NCBI RefSeq assembly: GCF_001194135.2
Contig: NC_068985.1
Span: forward strand, 6,384,893-6,440,487
Direction of reading: 5' to 3'
Source: Octopus bimaculoides
Lineage: Eukaryota
DNA length: 55,595 nt
Position 1 is the first letter of the stretch, and every line of letters starts with the position of its first letter. The translations under genes and the position numbers were made by a program. This document shows, one piece after another, positions 37,724-50,640 of this stretch. The notes beneath the pieces are model-generated. The model had not been told where the DNA came from. It saw only the letters and a program-made list of their open reading frames with translations, and searched no databases.

Positions 37724-37939
37724 TTGAAGTAGTTGTATGCTGTCAACTTAATGTGACAGTCCCATGAAGGGAATAATACTACTGTTGTTAAGACCTAGGA
37801 AGCTGCATCGCTTTCTGTCGGTCTTGACACATTTCCTGTGGCCGACAGAAAGCGGTGCAGCTTCATGGGTGTAACCAGCAGTAGTATTATTCCCTTCAGG
37901 GGACTGTCACATTAAGTTGACAGCATACAACTACTTCAA
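37724..37939. repeat. Long fold-back: 100 bp arms (about 91% paired), 16 nt loop; MITE-like
   Basis: 37724-37823 pairs with 37840-37939; the outer 40 bp are perfect. Confidence 0.95.
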
Positions 37940-37984
37940 TGTATCACTACTGCATAAATCTCTCTGAGAGATTTAGCAATATAT

Positions 37985-38970
37985 TATTTATGAAAGAAGC
38001 TTGCAGTGTATATATGTAGAAGGGAGCATATGATCGAAAGATGCTTCAATCGGCGCTATGTGCAGTAACCCAGTGGGCAGAAAAAAAAACAATATGTAAT
38101 TGATCGAAGAAAAATTTGAGGTAATATACTTTGGAAAAGGGGACACACCTAAACGATAATATACACCACTGACGGGAAAGCTACTTGAACCGTCGGATAA
38201 TATCAGAGAGTTACGTGTAACTGTCAACAGCAGCCTTAGCTGGAGTGTGCACGTCAACAAAAAACTCGATGTTGCCCGCAGAACGTGCTCATGGATCCTC
38301 AGAACTTTTCTATTTAGGGATTATGAAACCACCATCCTCCTATCCTCCACTTTCGCTAGGCCCCACCTTGAATACTGCTGCCTATTGTGGTCCTTTGCAA
38401 AAAAAAAAGAAACAAAAAAAAACAGTACAAAATGAGGTTCGAAGCACTGCAAAGATCAATCGCTAAAAAAATAAATGGCTTGATGGGACTTGATTTTTGG
38501 GCTCGTCTTAAACAGCTGAAGCTCCATTCTCTGCAACGCCGCCGTGGGGGATACATTATTTGCACCGTGTGGAAAATATTTCACCAGTATTATCCAAATG
38601 ATATCGGTATTACGTTTACAATTCACCCAATACTAGGCCCCTGTGCAATGCGTTCCTTTCAAAGGTCGAGATCACATCACACAACAACATTGCGACACAA
38701 TTTCTTCACTACTTATGGTGCTGTCCTTTTCAATATTACCCCGAAAGAAATTAAAGTAGAAAAAGGCCCCAAAACTTTCAAACGGTACCTGGACGGATTC
38801 CTCCAGGAAATACCGGATAAACCACCTACACCTAAATACGTCTGAACCAAGAACAACTCCCTACTTGAGTGGTCCATGGTGTCCCGAAATTAACTAAAAG
38901 ATTTTTCCAGATGGTGCTATTGAGTTAGTCATGGCTTGGGCCGATAATGGCTGAAACCAATCTAAGTTAG
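37985..38970 (+). mobile_element. CR1-clade LINE 3' end (RT C-terminus and 3' UTR), decayed
   Basis: SSLSWSVHVN...WILRTFLFRD...FARPHLEYCCLLWS...EALQRSIAKKINGLMGLDFWARLKQLKLHSLQRRR...FKRYLDGFLQEIPDKP. Confidence 0.92.
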
Positions 38971-38989
38971 CTAAGTTTGTGTGAGTAAA

Positions 38990-39729
38990 TTTATTCAATA
39001 AAATCGCCATTGGCTTAAACCACGGCCCCCAGACAACTCCGGAATCTCCTGCAACTCTTATGTACGGTCTCCTTGTTTCAGTTGGTGAATGTCCCCTTAA
39101 TCCTTGCCTTTAGTTCATCCTTGATGTTACAGAGAGTTTTGTTGGTTTCTCGCCCTACTGCGCCCCGCATATAGAAATCAAGGGGTTCGGAATCTGGGGA
39201 GTTAGGTAGCCAGATGTTAGGGGTGATGTAGTCACCGGAATTTTCTGGCAGCCATGAGTAGGTTCTCGTGCTTGTGTGGTATGTTGCAGGATCCTGTTGC
39301 CAGACAGTGTCTTCCATCAGCTTTCTTTGCTTCAGGGCAGCAGTACCTCCTCCCGGCATTTATGTAGGCCTCCGTTTGCTGAGTCTGAGGCCGTGTAGGA
39401 AGATGAATGGAGGCCATCACTAGTGATCACTCCAAAGACAATATGTTGTTGACTGGTGGTTTGGTATATATCACTCCCAGCACATGTCCACAGATTGACG
39501 TTTCAAACACTCTGAAATGATCGTATTGGAGCTTCTGGCGCTGATGCCAAGCAAGCAGAACGTCATGTCGTTTCCAAATTTCGGGCAGAGTGAATTGCGC
39601 CTTTTATTTTCTCACAGACGGTGCCTAACTGACCCTACTATAATATGTATCGACAAAATAAAAAAGAACAATGCGCATGGGCGAAATTAAAAATATGAAA
39701 TGGTGCCAATTTACCCATCGCATCCTGTA
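38990..39729 (-). mobile_element. Tc1/mariner DD37D (maT/mori-like) transposon, internally deleted
   Basis: WQQD-37 aa-D spacing (QQDPATYHTS...WLPNSPDSEPLDFY); VFGVITSDG upstream; CRRFRSCLGAVV*ANGDFIE* C-terminus; one TIR TACAGGATGCGATGGGTAAATTG at 39707-39729. Confidence 0.85.
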
Positions 39730-39789
39730 TATATAGTATACACATATTAACATATATACATATTACATATGCACGTATATTATGAAAAC

Positions 39790-39824
39790 GATGACATATC
39801 TATCTATCTATCTATCTATCTATA

Positions 39825-39861
<37 letters not shown>

Positions 39862-39909
39862 GTCTATCTAACTAACTATCTATCTATCTATTTATCTCTC
39901 TCTCTCCCC

Positions 39910-39945
<36 letters not shown>

Positions 39946-39970
39946 GTATATATATATATATATATATATC
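39790..39970. repeat. Compound (TATC)n/(TC)n/(TA)n microsatellite
   Basis: Directly visible. Confidence 0.95.
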
Positions 39971-40689
39971 TACATTATCGTTTTCAGAAGACGATGAAAG
40001 TCCTTTTCACATTCTTGATTTCTAAACTTTGATATCATGGTATCGATAATGCATCTAGGAAAATAATGGAAACATTAATCACCTTCTATATATCAACTTT
40101 GACTGCTTGAAAATATACATGTTCGCTGCAATGATACATCGAGAAGGCATAAATAACGGGATTAATTCATACATTCTATAATATCATAGCAATTTCATGA
40201 AAAAGAGGTCCATAAACAGTGGCTTCTAAAATTTAATACATATTGATCATACATCTGTTTTTAAAGGTGCAATATTTGCTTGAGTGACAAAAGATATACC
40301 TAAATGTAAATACGGAACGTCTCATGTTTTTCGAGATCCACTAATGAATTCATTGGAAATGAACTATATGATAGTGTTATCTCATCAAATCCAAGAGACA
40401 TTAAATCTAATAAAAGCTTGAGTGCATTATGCATATTCGTGCATAATAAATGTGCTGTGTTTCAATTGATTTTCTGTATAAGACGTTATTCCTTACCATG
40501 CAGATCAAACATCAAATGGAATCCAGCACTTACTATATGGTTTCTCTGTTAGTCATAGCATATCTAAGGCTACATCGACTTTTGGCCTGTTTGATTTGAT
40601 TTTCAATTGGAGAAATGTTAATAGGTGGTAGTGATATGATCATAAAAGGAACAACCAGTGACCTAGTAAAAGATTTTAATATTGGCATA

Positions 40690-41275
40690 TTATGAACAAC
40701 TGGTTAGTAATTCAACTGATGGCCTCGATGTATACAAGAATACAGTGTGTATGGTGGTAACAAAATTCGAAGCCCATAGTGAACGTTGAAAGTTAACACT
40801 CAAATGATATAGCAGATACCATTTTTCACATACCTTGGATTTTGGATCATGGAACACGCAAGATGTGTGAAGAAGACCAAAATCCGGACAGTGCTGGCAA
40901 AAATTTGCATTCTCAAAATTGTATAATATTTTTAGAAATTGTATTCTGAACATTAAGTTCAAGATCTGTATATTGAACGGCTTTGATTGCCTTGTGTTAA
41001 TCGATGGACGTGTGTCACGGTCTAAAACATAAAAAACAAATGTGAAGGTACTTGGAGAGCTGTGAAATGTGGTTGGGGTAAAAGAGCCTGGAGAAATTTG
41101 CAATGACCGGTAAAATTGAATGGAAAAGATGAGGAAAGAGAAGAATCATATGGATATGTCAGACTTGACGATAGGTTGGAAGAACGATACATCAAACAGA
41201 AAACAAAGAGAACTGTGTGTAGCAAGATATGAACGCCTATGTCCTAAATCTGGTCATAGCACCTAAAAGAAGAGT
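40690..41275 (+). mobile_element. RTE-clade LINE 3' end, decayed
   Basis: KNTVCMVVTK...TYLGFWIMEHARCVKKTKIRTVLAK.AFSKLYNIFRN...LEKFAMTGKIE; AAGAAGA-type tail. Confidence 0.78.
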
Positions 41276-42581
41276 TATTTTTTGTGGAAGAAATTCTATT
41301 TTATATTACATGCAAGTTGCTAATTTGTAGGCATCTGGTTTATTATGACCTAGGTGTGACTTTAAACTGCAGCTGGTTGAGTGACCCTGGATCCGAAGTT
41401 CCTGTAGATTTCCCAAGTCTATTCTGACTTAGAACAGTAGCACTTCCACGGCCCCACATTGGAGTTAATTAACATTTAATTAGAGGTCAGTTGTGAATAA
41501 GGGAATAAATTACGGGAGGCGAGTCCCTTAGCAAGGTCTAGCAACCGGCCACCATCCGAGCGAGTGGTTGTAAATAACGGGTTGCAACATTATGGATATG
41601 AACTTTTTCAGCAGACAAAGCTATTTAGTCGATGCCGACTAACACTAGATACTGAGCAGGTGAACAATCAACAAACAGTCAAAGGCCGATAACAACCATT
41701 TCAGTTAGCGAATAACTGTTAGCATCTGTAGTCGTAGTCTGCGCAGAGGAAATACTGAGCTATCGAAATACCAATATGACATATTCGACGTGGCACGTCA
41801 CCCATTCAGGTGACGATGATGATAATGATGTAATATATTACGACAATTATTATCTCTGCTTCACTGATATATATTATCTTGCTCTATAAATGAGAGTTTC
41901 TGATTTGTTTGTGGATTCATACGGCGACATTTGATATAAGTAACATTTAGTAAAACATAAAAGCTGAAACACATTACCTATCAAATTTTGAAACATAAAT
42001 GGCTGATTAGATCGACTCCAATATATACACAATTATTATCGTAATGCGATGCAATGCATAGTAAGTAGAACGATTATGGAAACCGTTAATATGTGTACAT
42101 TATGAAATGATTTATATTATCCTAAAACGATTTAACAAATCTATGCAATAATTGAGACATTGAGGTATTTTGACAAGCGGAGTCGTTTGCCTATTTGTAG
42201 GAGAAAATAAACGGATTTTAGTAACGTTGCTATATTTCTATGAACATAAATTTTATCAATGAAATGAATACGGAAATCAAAGGAACATCATTACTCTGTT
42301 GCAATTTTTCTTTTCGTTATGTTATTCAGTACAATAACAATCATCGATTCTTTCTACTTGTGGAAAAAGTATTAGGAATACATTATATTTTTTTAATACT
42401 AGTATATGATTTCCGAAATGCGTTATTCGACGATGAAATTACAAACAGGTTTTGTGAGCTATCTAATCATATTATCTCTCTGTCTGTCTGTTCCTCTCTA
42501 TATATATATTTATATATATATACCTATATATATGTGTGTGTGTGTGTGTGTGTACATAGAGAGAGAAAGAGTCAAATATAT

Positions 42582-42628
<47 letters not shown>

Positions 42629-43711
42629 CATAAAATAATATCGGATACCAATATAGTAGAAATTTCACTACCAGTAGCCTAGCATGTATACACGAATTTT
42701 ATGTGGAAAGACTCTTACTCTATCTTTTATTCCCCCTCGCATTTTTTCCTTTCTCTGTCTCCCCCTCTCTTACATTCCTTGGCCTCTCTTTCTTTAACTC
42801 CCACTATTTCCCACTCCTTTATCTCCCCCTGAACGTTTCCTTTTGTCTCTGATTTTTTTCTAATCCTCCAATCCCGCTGTCTCCTACCCATCTTTACTCC
42901 TTCCACGGGACCGGTGTCCGGACAGCCATGCTCTTTCTTTCTTGACCTGACTGTCGACCGTTCAACACGTCTTGTGTTCATTTCCTATATTCCTACCTTG
43001 AAGCTTTCACTCCATACACGCCAGCGCAATTTGAATCGTTCTCGGTCGCAAGACGCCTGTTGTTATTTCGTGATGTTCGTATTCGTAATTGTGTAGCATG
43101 TTCTCTTTTTGTTTGTTTGTTTATTTGTTTATCTTTGTTGCCGTACACATTCGCTAGCTGTCTTACAAAGGTGTCTAATGCTTTTAGCTTAGACTTTTTG
43201 GGGGACAACCACATCGAACCATGTCAAGTGTAACTGGCCGAAATGGTCGTGACTTCTAGTACTTGACTGATGAAAGAAAGCCGTCCGTCTAATTGTTGTT
43301 TCTCATGTCCCTATCTGTCTGAACGTTTTAATGCACTCTATTATATATATATATATATATATGCTGTAGGTGAATAGGGATACAGTGGTGTGTTAGCTGT
43401 CAGATTAAGGCTAACCTCATAAAATAGTCAAAGAGTTATTAGCGTGTTTGCAATCACGCTATAATTCTTCTGACTGGTAACTTCGGGTTCGCTTCCCCAG
43501 GTAATGAAAATTAGGAGTAGTGTTGATTTTAAATAATTCTGAAGAATACAATGACTGGTACATCATAAAATTTTCTTTTAATTCACATGGTGAAAACAGC
43601 CGACATGTGCTTCTGTTGCACGCACTAGTTGCAGTTGCACATGCAGCCCGGTATAGTCTTCTGTGCATCGCCTGTGCATCGAACAAACGTGGTTTAGTGT
43701 TGTGTGCCCAA

Positions 43712-43755
<44 letters not shown>

Positions 43756-43886
43756 NNNNNNNNNNNNNNNNNNNNNNNNNNNNNNNNNNNNNNNNNNNNN
43801 NNNNNNNNNNNNNNNNNNNNNNNNNNNNNNNNNNNNNNNNNNNNNNNNNNNNNNNNNNNNNNNNNNNNNNNNNNNNNNNNNNNNNN

Positions 43887-43937
<51 letters not shown>

Positions 43938-44510
43938 GTGTGTGTGTGTATGAGGAGAGTTGATGTTTGAGTACATGCTTATGCCATAAGTTTACAGTTG
44001 TTTCGTAATCATTTTAGTTATATAATAGATGATACATCAATACTAATTCATGTACACTATACATATATAAACATCCAAGTTAGTATTTTGTGGTATGCTG
44101 TACGCGTATGTTTGTATACATGTGTGAGAGGGTTGTATCAGCCTGTGCGTGTGTGTATGAACGCAGGTAATCATCGAAATATTATTATTAAATCAATTCC
44201 AGTCGTGTTCCATAATATTCACCTTCATCCACAAGAAAGCTCTTGTTTTCATTATCCATAAATTATATTATTTCGACCATTGAAATCGAGGTGAACGGTA
44301 AATATTTCCGAAGTTAGGCAAAACACATTTATGAAAGGCAAATCATTACTACAATTTCTGTATACATAATAACCTATAACCATTTCATATGGCTAATTTT
44401 CATATGCATACGTACATAAGTATGCTCGTGTATGTACGTGTGTGCGTGTAGGTACGAGTCTTTCATATTGCGTATATATATGAATCTCTCTCTCTATCTC
44501 TATCTCTGTC

Positions 44511-44568
<58 letters not shown>

Positions 44569-45329
44569 CTTTTATGTGTGTGCACGTGCGCGTGTATATT
44601 GTGTGTTTGTGGGTTTGTATGCGTATATGTAAGAACATTACATAGACTAGAATTTCCGTTCCGTTTCGTTTCATTTTGCTTTTCTTTATTAGATACGATT
44701 TTCCCATAGATGTGTCGAAACAGTCGATCCGATAATGGAGTAGAAGTAGATATTTTACGTATATTAGTGGCTGCAATATAATAAGTTAATGTCAAAGAAA
44801 TGAAAACCGTCATTGCAGTGGGCATTTATTTTACTTCACGAAGATTAAGTTGAATCATTCTATGTTGTGATCTAATGTCAAAGAATAAAAAAAAACGTCT
44901 TTTCAAAGTAGAAAGAGCAATCTGAATGTCATCATATTCTGAGCTAGAACTTCGAAGAGAGATTGTTATAAATGGAGAATGAAGTGACTGGGAAGGAAGC
45001 TTTTATGAAAGGTCAAAATGTCGTGTACGAATATTAAAACGCGAAAATATGAATAAAATTGAAAACATCAATATAATCGTCATAACCATCTTCAAAAAAT
45101 ACATTAAGCTGTGAAAATATCTATTGAAGTATATATTACGATATTTTTGTTCAGTTTCAAATCTTGAGTACAGAAGTAAAGTAGCTATATTAGAATTTCA
45201 TGAATACCTCAACAGATGAGTATAAGATACGTGTCGAAGTAAAACAACTTCATATGAACAGACTAGTTTAGATACAATAAACAAATATGTGGAGAGGTTT
45301 CTGTTAAAGTTATGCACTTACTGATTCGT

Positions 45330-45393
<64 letters not shown>

Positions 45394-46086
45394 TTGCATA
45401 TAAATATCAAAGCAAAGAGGTGTTAATAAGAGATATCAATTCAGGCGAAATAATTCTGAAACTCTCTGCAGATAGAAATCCACCAAGCTACGAAAGAAGT
45501 GTTGTGATCGGTGTCTTACTCCAGGTAATCCGAAATCGGAGGCTGAAGTCGAAGACTATCACTAGTCAAAAGAGGTAAATCTATGCTTGAATTACTCAGT
45601 TAAGAGGGTAAGTTTTTGCAGAGATGTATGTGGTAGAGCTAGATTCAGTGTAATATCTCTAGATTTCAGAAGATCTTTCACGATCAGACATTACAATTAT
45701 AATGCTAGCTCTTCTCAGGGTGAATATGAGTTAAACCTCTTCCATTAAATGATGTAATAATATTCAAAGTGACCTATTGCTTGGCGAAGGAATTGTCATT
45801 TGCTCTCTTACGAAAGCACGTACCATTTCCTCCTACCATATCATCGCTTTCACGTGGCACTCACTCTGGTTATAAACAGCGGATTATCATTGAGGTGATA
45901 AATCTTCTTGATAACCCACATTTTAACTTTACCCAATAATGACATATTGATTTTACTTAAATTATACATTTTCTATAAATATTTGGTATTGAAGTTAATA
46001 AAGTATAGATACTTTATTATATGGTTTTAGTGATTAGTCTGTCTTTATTCCTTTTCTATGATGTTCTACCCTAACTGATCATTTCA

Positions 46087-46087
<1 letters not shown>

Positions 46088-46144
<57 letters not shown>

Positions 46145-46147
46145 TAC

Positions 46148-46214
<67 letters not shown>

Positions 46215-46215
46215 T
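46088..46215. repeat. (ATT)n microsatellite
   Basis: Directly visible. Confidence 0.97.
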
Positions 46216-46239
46216 CATAGTTGCTTTAAATAAATATAA

Positions 46240-47510
46240 TCCTTGTTCCCATATTATTTCCTACTCAGCCTATATAAGGTAATATCGGTATCTCGACAAC
46301 TTAAAATAGTTCAATTTAATTAAATCAGTATACAATTAACTTGTTCTTTAACCTCGTTTGCTCCATTATTAAATATCAGTTAAATCCAATTCATCAATCT
46401 CCATAGAAACCATATAATAAGTTAATATTTAGATAATTAATAAGTAAATAAATATTAAACTATTTTCTTTGCAATTTTCTTTTCCTCCCTCTATTGTGCT
46501 AAAAAATATTTTGGTTTATACTCATAATATTCATAGAAGTTTTATCCTTTTGTTAAAATTTCATTCTTAATAATCTTCTTGATTACTCTGAATTTTAACT
46601 TTGTACAATAAGACAATATTGTTTGAAATGATCTTTAGAGATTACTTGATTTATCTCTTTCTTAAATGGCTCTACCCTCCTGATCTTAGTATTTTTATAA
46701 AGCCCTTTATATAAATAACCCTTCTAAACAAGTACAATCTAGAAACTATAAATATCATGTAGGGAGTAACAATAGTAACTTCTTAAACTTATAATATAAT
46801 CCCTCAGTTTATATATAGGGTAAAATATGAATGTTCCATAATTTAATATTCCTTTAGCTGATACCAGACATCAGTCTTTTATTGATATTAACTAAATAAC
46901 TAAAGATATAATGTTTAGTCCAATATATTTTGAATTATTATACTTTTTCTATAAGTTTTTTCTATTGGTTCTAATAAGCTAAATGTACTTTACCACATCA
47001 TTAATAATTAAGCTATTTTATTTTTATGGTATTCTGCCCTAAGTGATTTTTTTATTTCATTTATTTATTAATTTATAATTAGTCTTTATTTATTCATAAA
47101 ATTAAGCTAATATTTGTATCTCTATAAATTCATACTTAGCTTATATAAAACTATACTAGTATATTCACTGCTTATAAAAAAAAACTGCTTAGATTATAAT
47201 ATTATTAATATATAATTAGCATGTTCTTTTACCTCAATACTCCTTTATTAATACCAGTATATACAAATTAATCAATATTCACAGATGCCATCTGTTGAGT
47301 TAGTATTTAAGTGTACAATATGTATAAATATTAAAATATTTCTGAATAATTTCTTTTCCTCCCTGTATTGTGGTAAAAGTTTGGTATATACTCAAAAGTA
47401 TCCATAAATTTCTATCCTTTTTTTAATGTATTCTTCTTAATAACCCTCTGAATAGCCATAAACTTTATCTGTATACAATATAGCAACATTGTTTAAAACA
47501 TTTAACTATA
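46240..47510. repeat. Old direct repeat: about 46240-46630 resembles about 47110-47510
   Basis: Colinear shared blocks, e.g. TTTCTTTTCCTCCCT.TATTGTG.TAAAA, TACT.AGC.TATATAA, TTGTTCTTT.ACCTC, TTCTTAATAA.C.TCT. Confidence 0.75.
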
Positions 47511-47714
47511 GTACTACACGATAATACTTCTCCTCTTTCATTATCAATGGTCTGCTAGTGGGCGACCCCCTTAGTTGTCAGCCAACATCTTGTTTTAAGT
47601 TTTCCTTTACTAAACCTCACGATTTTATGACTATACCAACAATGATTTCTGTCTGCTCTCTCAAGTCTACCTCTAACAGATATACAAGGTTTGATAAACT
47701 AGTCTATAAATAAA

Positions 47715-49172
47715 AACTGACGGATTATTCTTACAGGATTATTCTTGGACGGATTATTCTTACAGGTGCTTATAAATCTAAGCACAGATTTATGTAGTCA
47801 AGATATGGCCACCCAATATTCAACAAAATTATGAGCCGAGGAAGAGTTCAACATATTTTACAAGTATTGCATTTTGATGATGCTAGTGCAAGAAGAAAGA
47901 AAGAGAAGTGATGATAAATTGGAGCCCATAAGAGAAGTATTTGGAATGTGGAATCAGAATTTGCAAGATGGATATGTTCCAAGTTCATGCTTGGCAGTTG
48001 ATTAACAATTAGTTTCATTCAGAGGGCGCTGCCCATTCCGGGTATATATTCCTTGAAAACGAGGGAAATATGGAATTAAATTTTGGGCAACATGCGCTAG
48101 TAAAAATCTACACTGGAAAAGATCCAGTAAAAGGGAGAGAGACAAATAAAGGTTCAAGAGTTGTTGAAGACCTAATAGAAGAACTTGAAAATACTGCTCA
48201 CAATATAACTTGTGACAATTTTTTTCATAATTCTAGGATTGGTTCGAAAACTGCTGAGCAAGAAAACAACTTTAGTTGGAACAATTAGAAAGAACAGAGT
48301 CGAACTTTCAAGTGCTTTCAGAAATGGAAAAGAAAGAGGAATCAACAGCACAATATTTGGATTTCAAAAGGATTCTATGATTCTAATTTACTGTCCCAAA
48401 AAAGATTATGTAGTCACACTTATGAGTACAATGTACTCTCAGCCTTGAAATGATTAAAAAAAAGTGCTGAAAGGAAAGCTGAAGTTATTACATGTTACAA
48501 CAAAACAAAAGGAAGAGTAGATACCCTAGATAAGATGGTAAGGATATACACTTGCAAAAGAATGACTTGGAGATGGCCTGTGGTTATATTCTACAACATG
48601 ATTGATATAAGCGCAGGGAATACTTTCATTGTTGCTAAACAGGTTCACTTGCAAAGCTTCAAGGATAAAAGAAGACAGTGCCTAATTCAGTTAGCAAAGG
48701 AAACTTGCTGGAGTTTATGCTATACAAGAACATGACAAACAATCTTCAAGTTCTGCTAACATTTCTCAACCAAACAAGAAAATAAGACGATCTGCAACTT
48801 CATTTGAGATTCTTCAGCCAAAGAAAAGAGGAAGGTGTTCCTTGTATGGCCCACAAACAGACACGAAAACTTGTACTACATGTAAGAACTGTAATATCCA
48901 TGTTTAGCAAGAACATTCCAATGCTGTTTGCATTCACTGCCATGAAGAGCTGTAATTCTATAATTTTGTAATTTTTTTAACTTATGATATATTTTGTAAG
49001 CTGTATTTGTTTTTATTAAAGTTTGTAGGAAACAGAAATTCTACATTCATATCATAACATATATATTGTAGCTAAGAAATAGTGTGAGTTTGAATAAAAT
49101 TCAATTAAAAGAAAAAATATTGGGTCCAGTTGATAATTAGTGACACATTTTCTCTGGTAGACCAAGGGTTAA
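47715..49172 (+). mobile_element. piggyBac transposon, 5'-truncated, decayed transposase with 3' terminus
   Basis: GHPIFNKIMSRGR; LAVD*QLVSFRGRCPFRVYIP*KRGKYGIK; ITCDNFF; YNKTKGRVDTLDKMVRIYTCKRMTWRWP; C-terminal Cys-rich domain; ends CCAAGGG-TTAA (49162-49172). Confidence 0.93.
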
Positions 49173-49877
49173 TTAATCAAAAAGAGAGTTTGCATTTTAT
49201 AAGAATGGGTAGCTGCGCGCATCGATACCATTAATATCATTCACTAATTATAGAAATTATTGAAAAAGTAAACAAACATATCATTACAGAATGAAGAATA
49301 TGAGGTATAAAAATAGGAAATTATATGGAAGGAATGCTTGACACATATGAGTCCCATAAACCAAACATGCGTCCAGACACAGCAAAGGACCGCAAACACA
49401 TGAATCTTAATAGATCTAAAAGCGATTTTACCATGATCGAGTATGCGTCGACGTGCAAATATTGTGGCCATTAGATGCGAGCTTTGTTTCTCAAAGAAAT
49501 TTCATATACTATTTGAGATATTTCTATCATTCCAGGTAAAATCCCAAATGGATATGCAGAAATTTACATCGATATTTACTGAGGAATGTCAAATAGAAAA
49601 CAATTAAATTGGATTACTAACCACACATTCGGAGATATAATTTCGGACATAAAGGAATTTGCATATACAAAATATTCAATTTCGCACAGACATGAAATTA
49701 GCAAAAGCTGAATGTTATTTATAAATCACAAAGACGGTAAAATATGATTGTTCTTTGCATAGTTATTTTTCATAATCTTGCGTGTCGTACTCTCTAAATT
49801 TATAGTGTTCTTGATCTTGATCTTTGATTCCAGAAATGCAGCTCCACTATACATGCCTACATACATACATACATACA

Positions 49878-49913
<36 letters not shown>

Positions 49914-49929
49914 TATATGGGAGAATATA

Positions 49930-50045
49930 CAAAAAATAACAACAGACGAGGACAGGTGGTGTAAATAACAAAAGTATATATTAGTATGACGCTCGGGAAT
50001 ACGGAAAGTCTTTGACGTTTCGAGCTACGCTCTTCAACAGAAAGA
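49930..50045 (-). mobile_element. Second copy of the Penelope-like terminal fragment with a hammerhead-like motif
   Basis: Minus: CTGTTGAAGAGCGTAGCTCGAAACGTCAAAGACTTTCCGTATTCCCGAGCGTCATAC. Confidence 0.5.
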
Positions 50046-50355
50046 ATACGGAGACAAGGAGAAAAACACGGAGAAAAAAAATTGAATAGTGTTCAGTCAN
50101 NNNNNNNNNNNNNNNNNNNNNNNNNNNNNNNNNNNNNNNNNNNNNNNNNNNNNNNNNNNNNNNNNNNNNNNNNNNNNNNNNNNNNNNNNNNNNNNNNNNN
50201 NNNNNNNNNNNNNNNNNNNNNNNNNNNNNNNNNNNNNNNNNNNNNNNNNNNNNNNNNNNNNNNNNNNNNNNNNNNNNNNNNNNNNNNNNNNNNNNNNNNN
50301 NNNNNNNNNNNNNNNNNNNNNNNNNNNNNNNATATATATATATATATATATATAT

Positions 50356-50640
50356 AGTGGTTGTATACTCCTTATGCAGAGTTTGACAACCACCTGTACC
50401 TGCACCTTAGAAACATCATGGCATCTCATGTGGCTTTTTGAAACAGACAATGTTCTGAACAGAAACCCACATAGATTGCACATCTGATTTGGATCACTAA
50501 GAGCTGCAGATAGGTTCTGATCTTTGTGGATCTTAAAATGTCTTTTGAGGCGTCCCTTAAATTTGCAGACCTTCTGATATACATTGCATTGAAAGGTGTG
50601 CGCAGACATATACGCACAATTATTGGACATATGTATATAG
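50356..50640 (-). mobile_element. Probable RTE-X LINE 3' end carrying two C2H2-like fingers
   Basis: FQCNVYQKVCKFKGRLKRHFKIH and MCNLCGFLFRTLSVSKSHMRCH, no TGEKP linker; ends GGTTGTCAAACTCTGCATAAGGAGTATACAACCAC then (TA)n. Confidence 0.6.

Noticed and set aside
46220-47700. Very AT-rich block considered as a mitochondrial insertion
   Set aside because: No recognisable mitochondrial protein, rRNA or tRNA motif in any frame.
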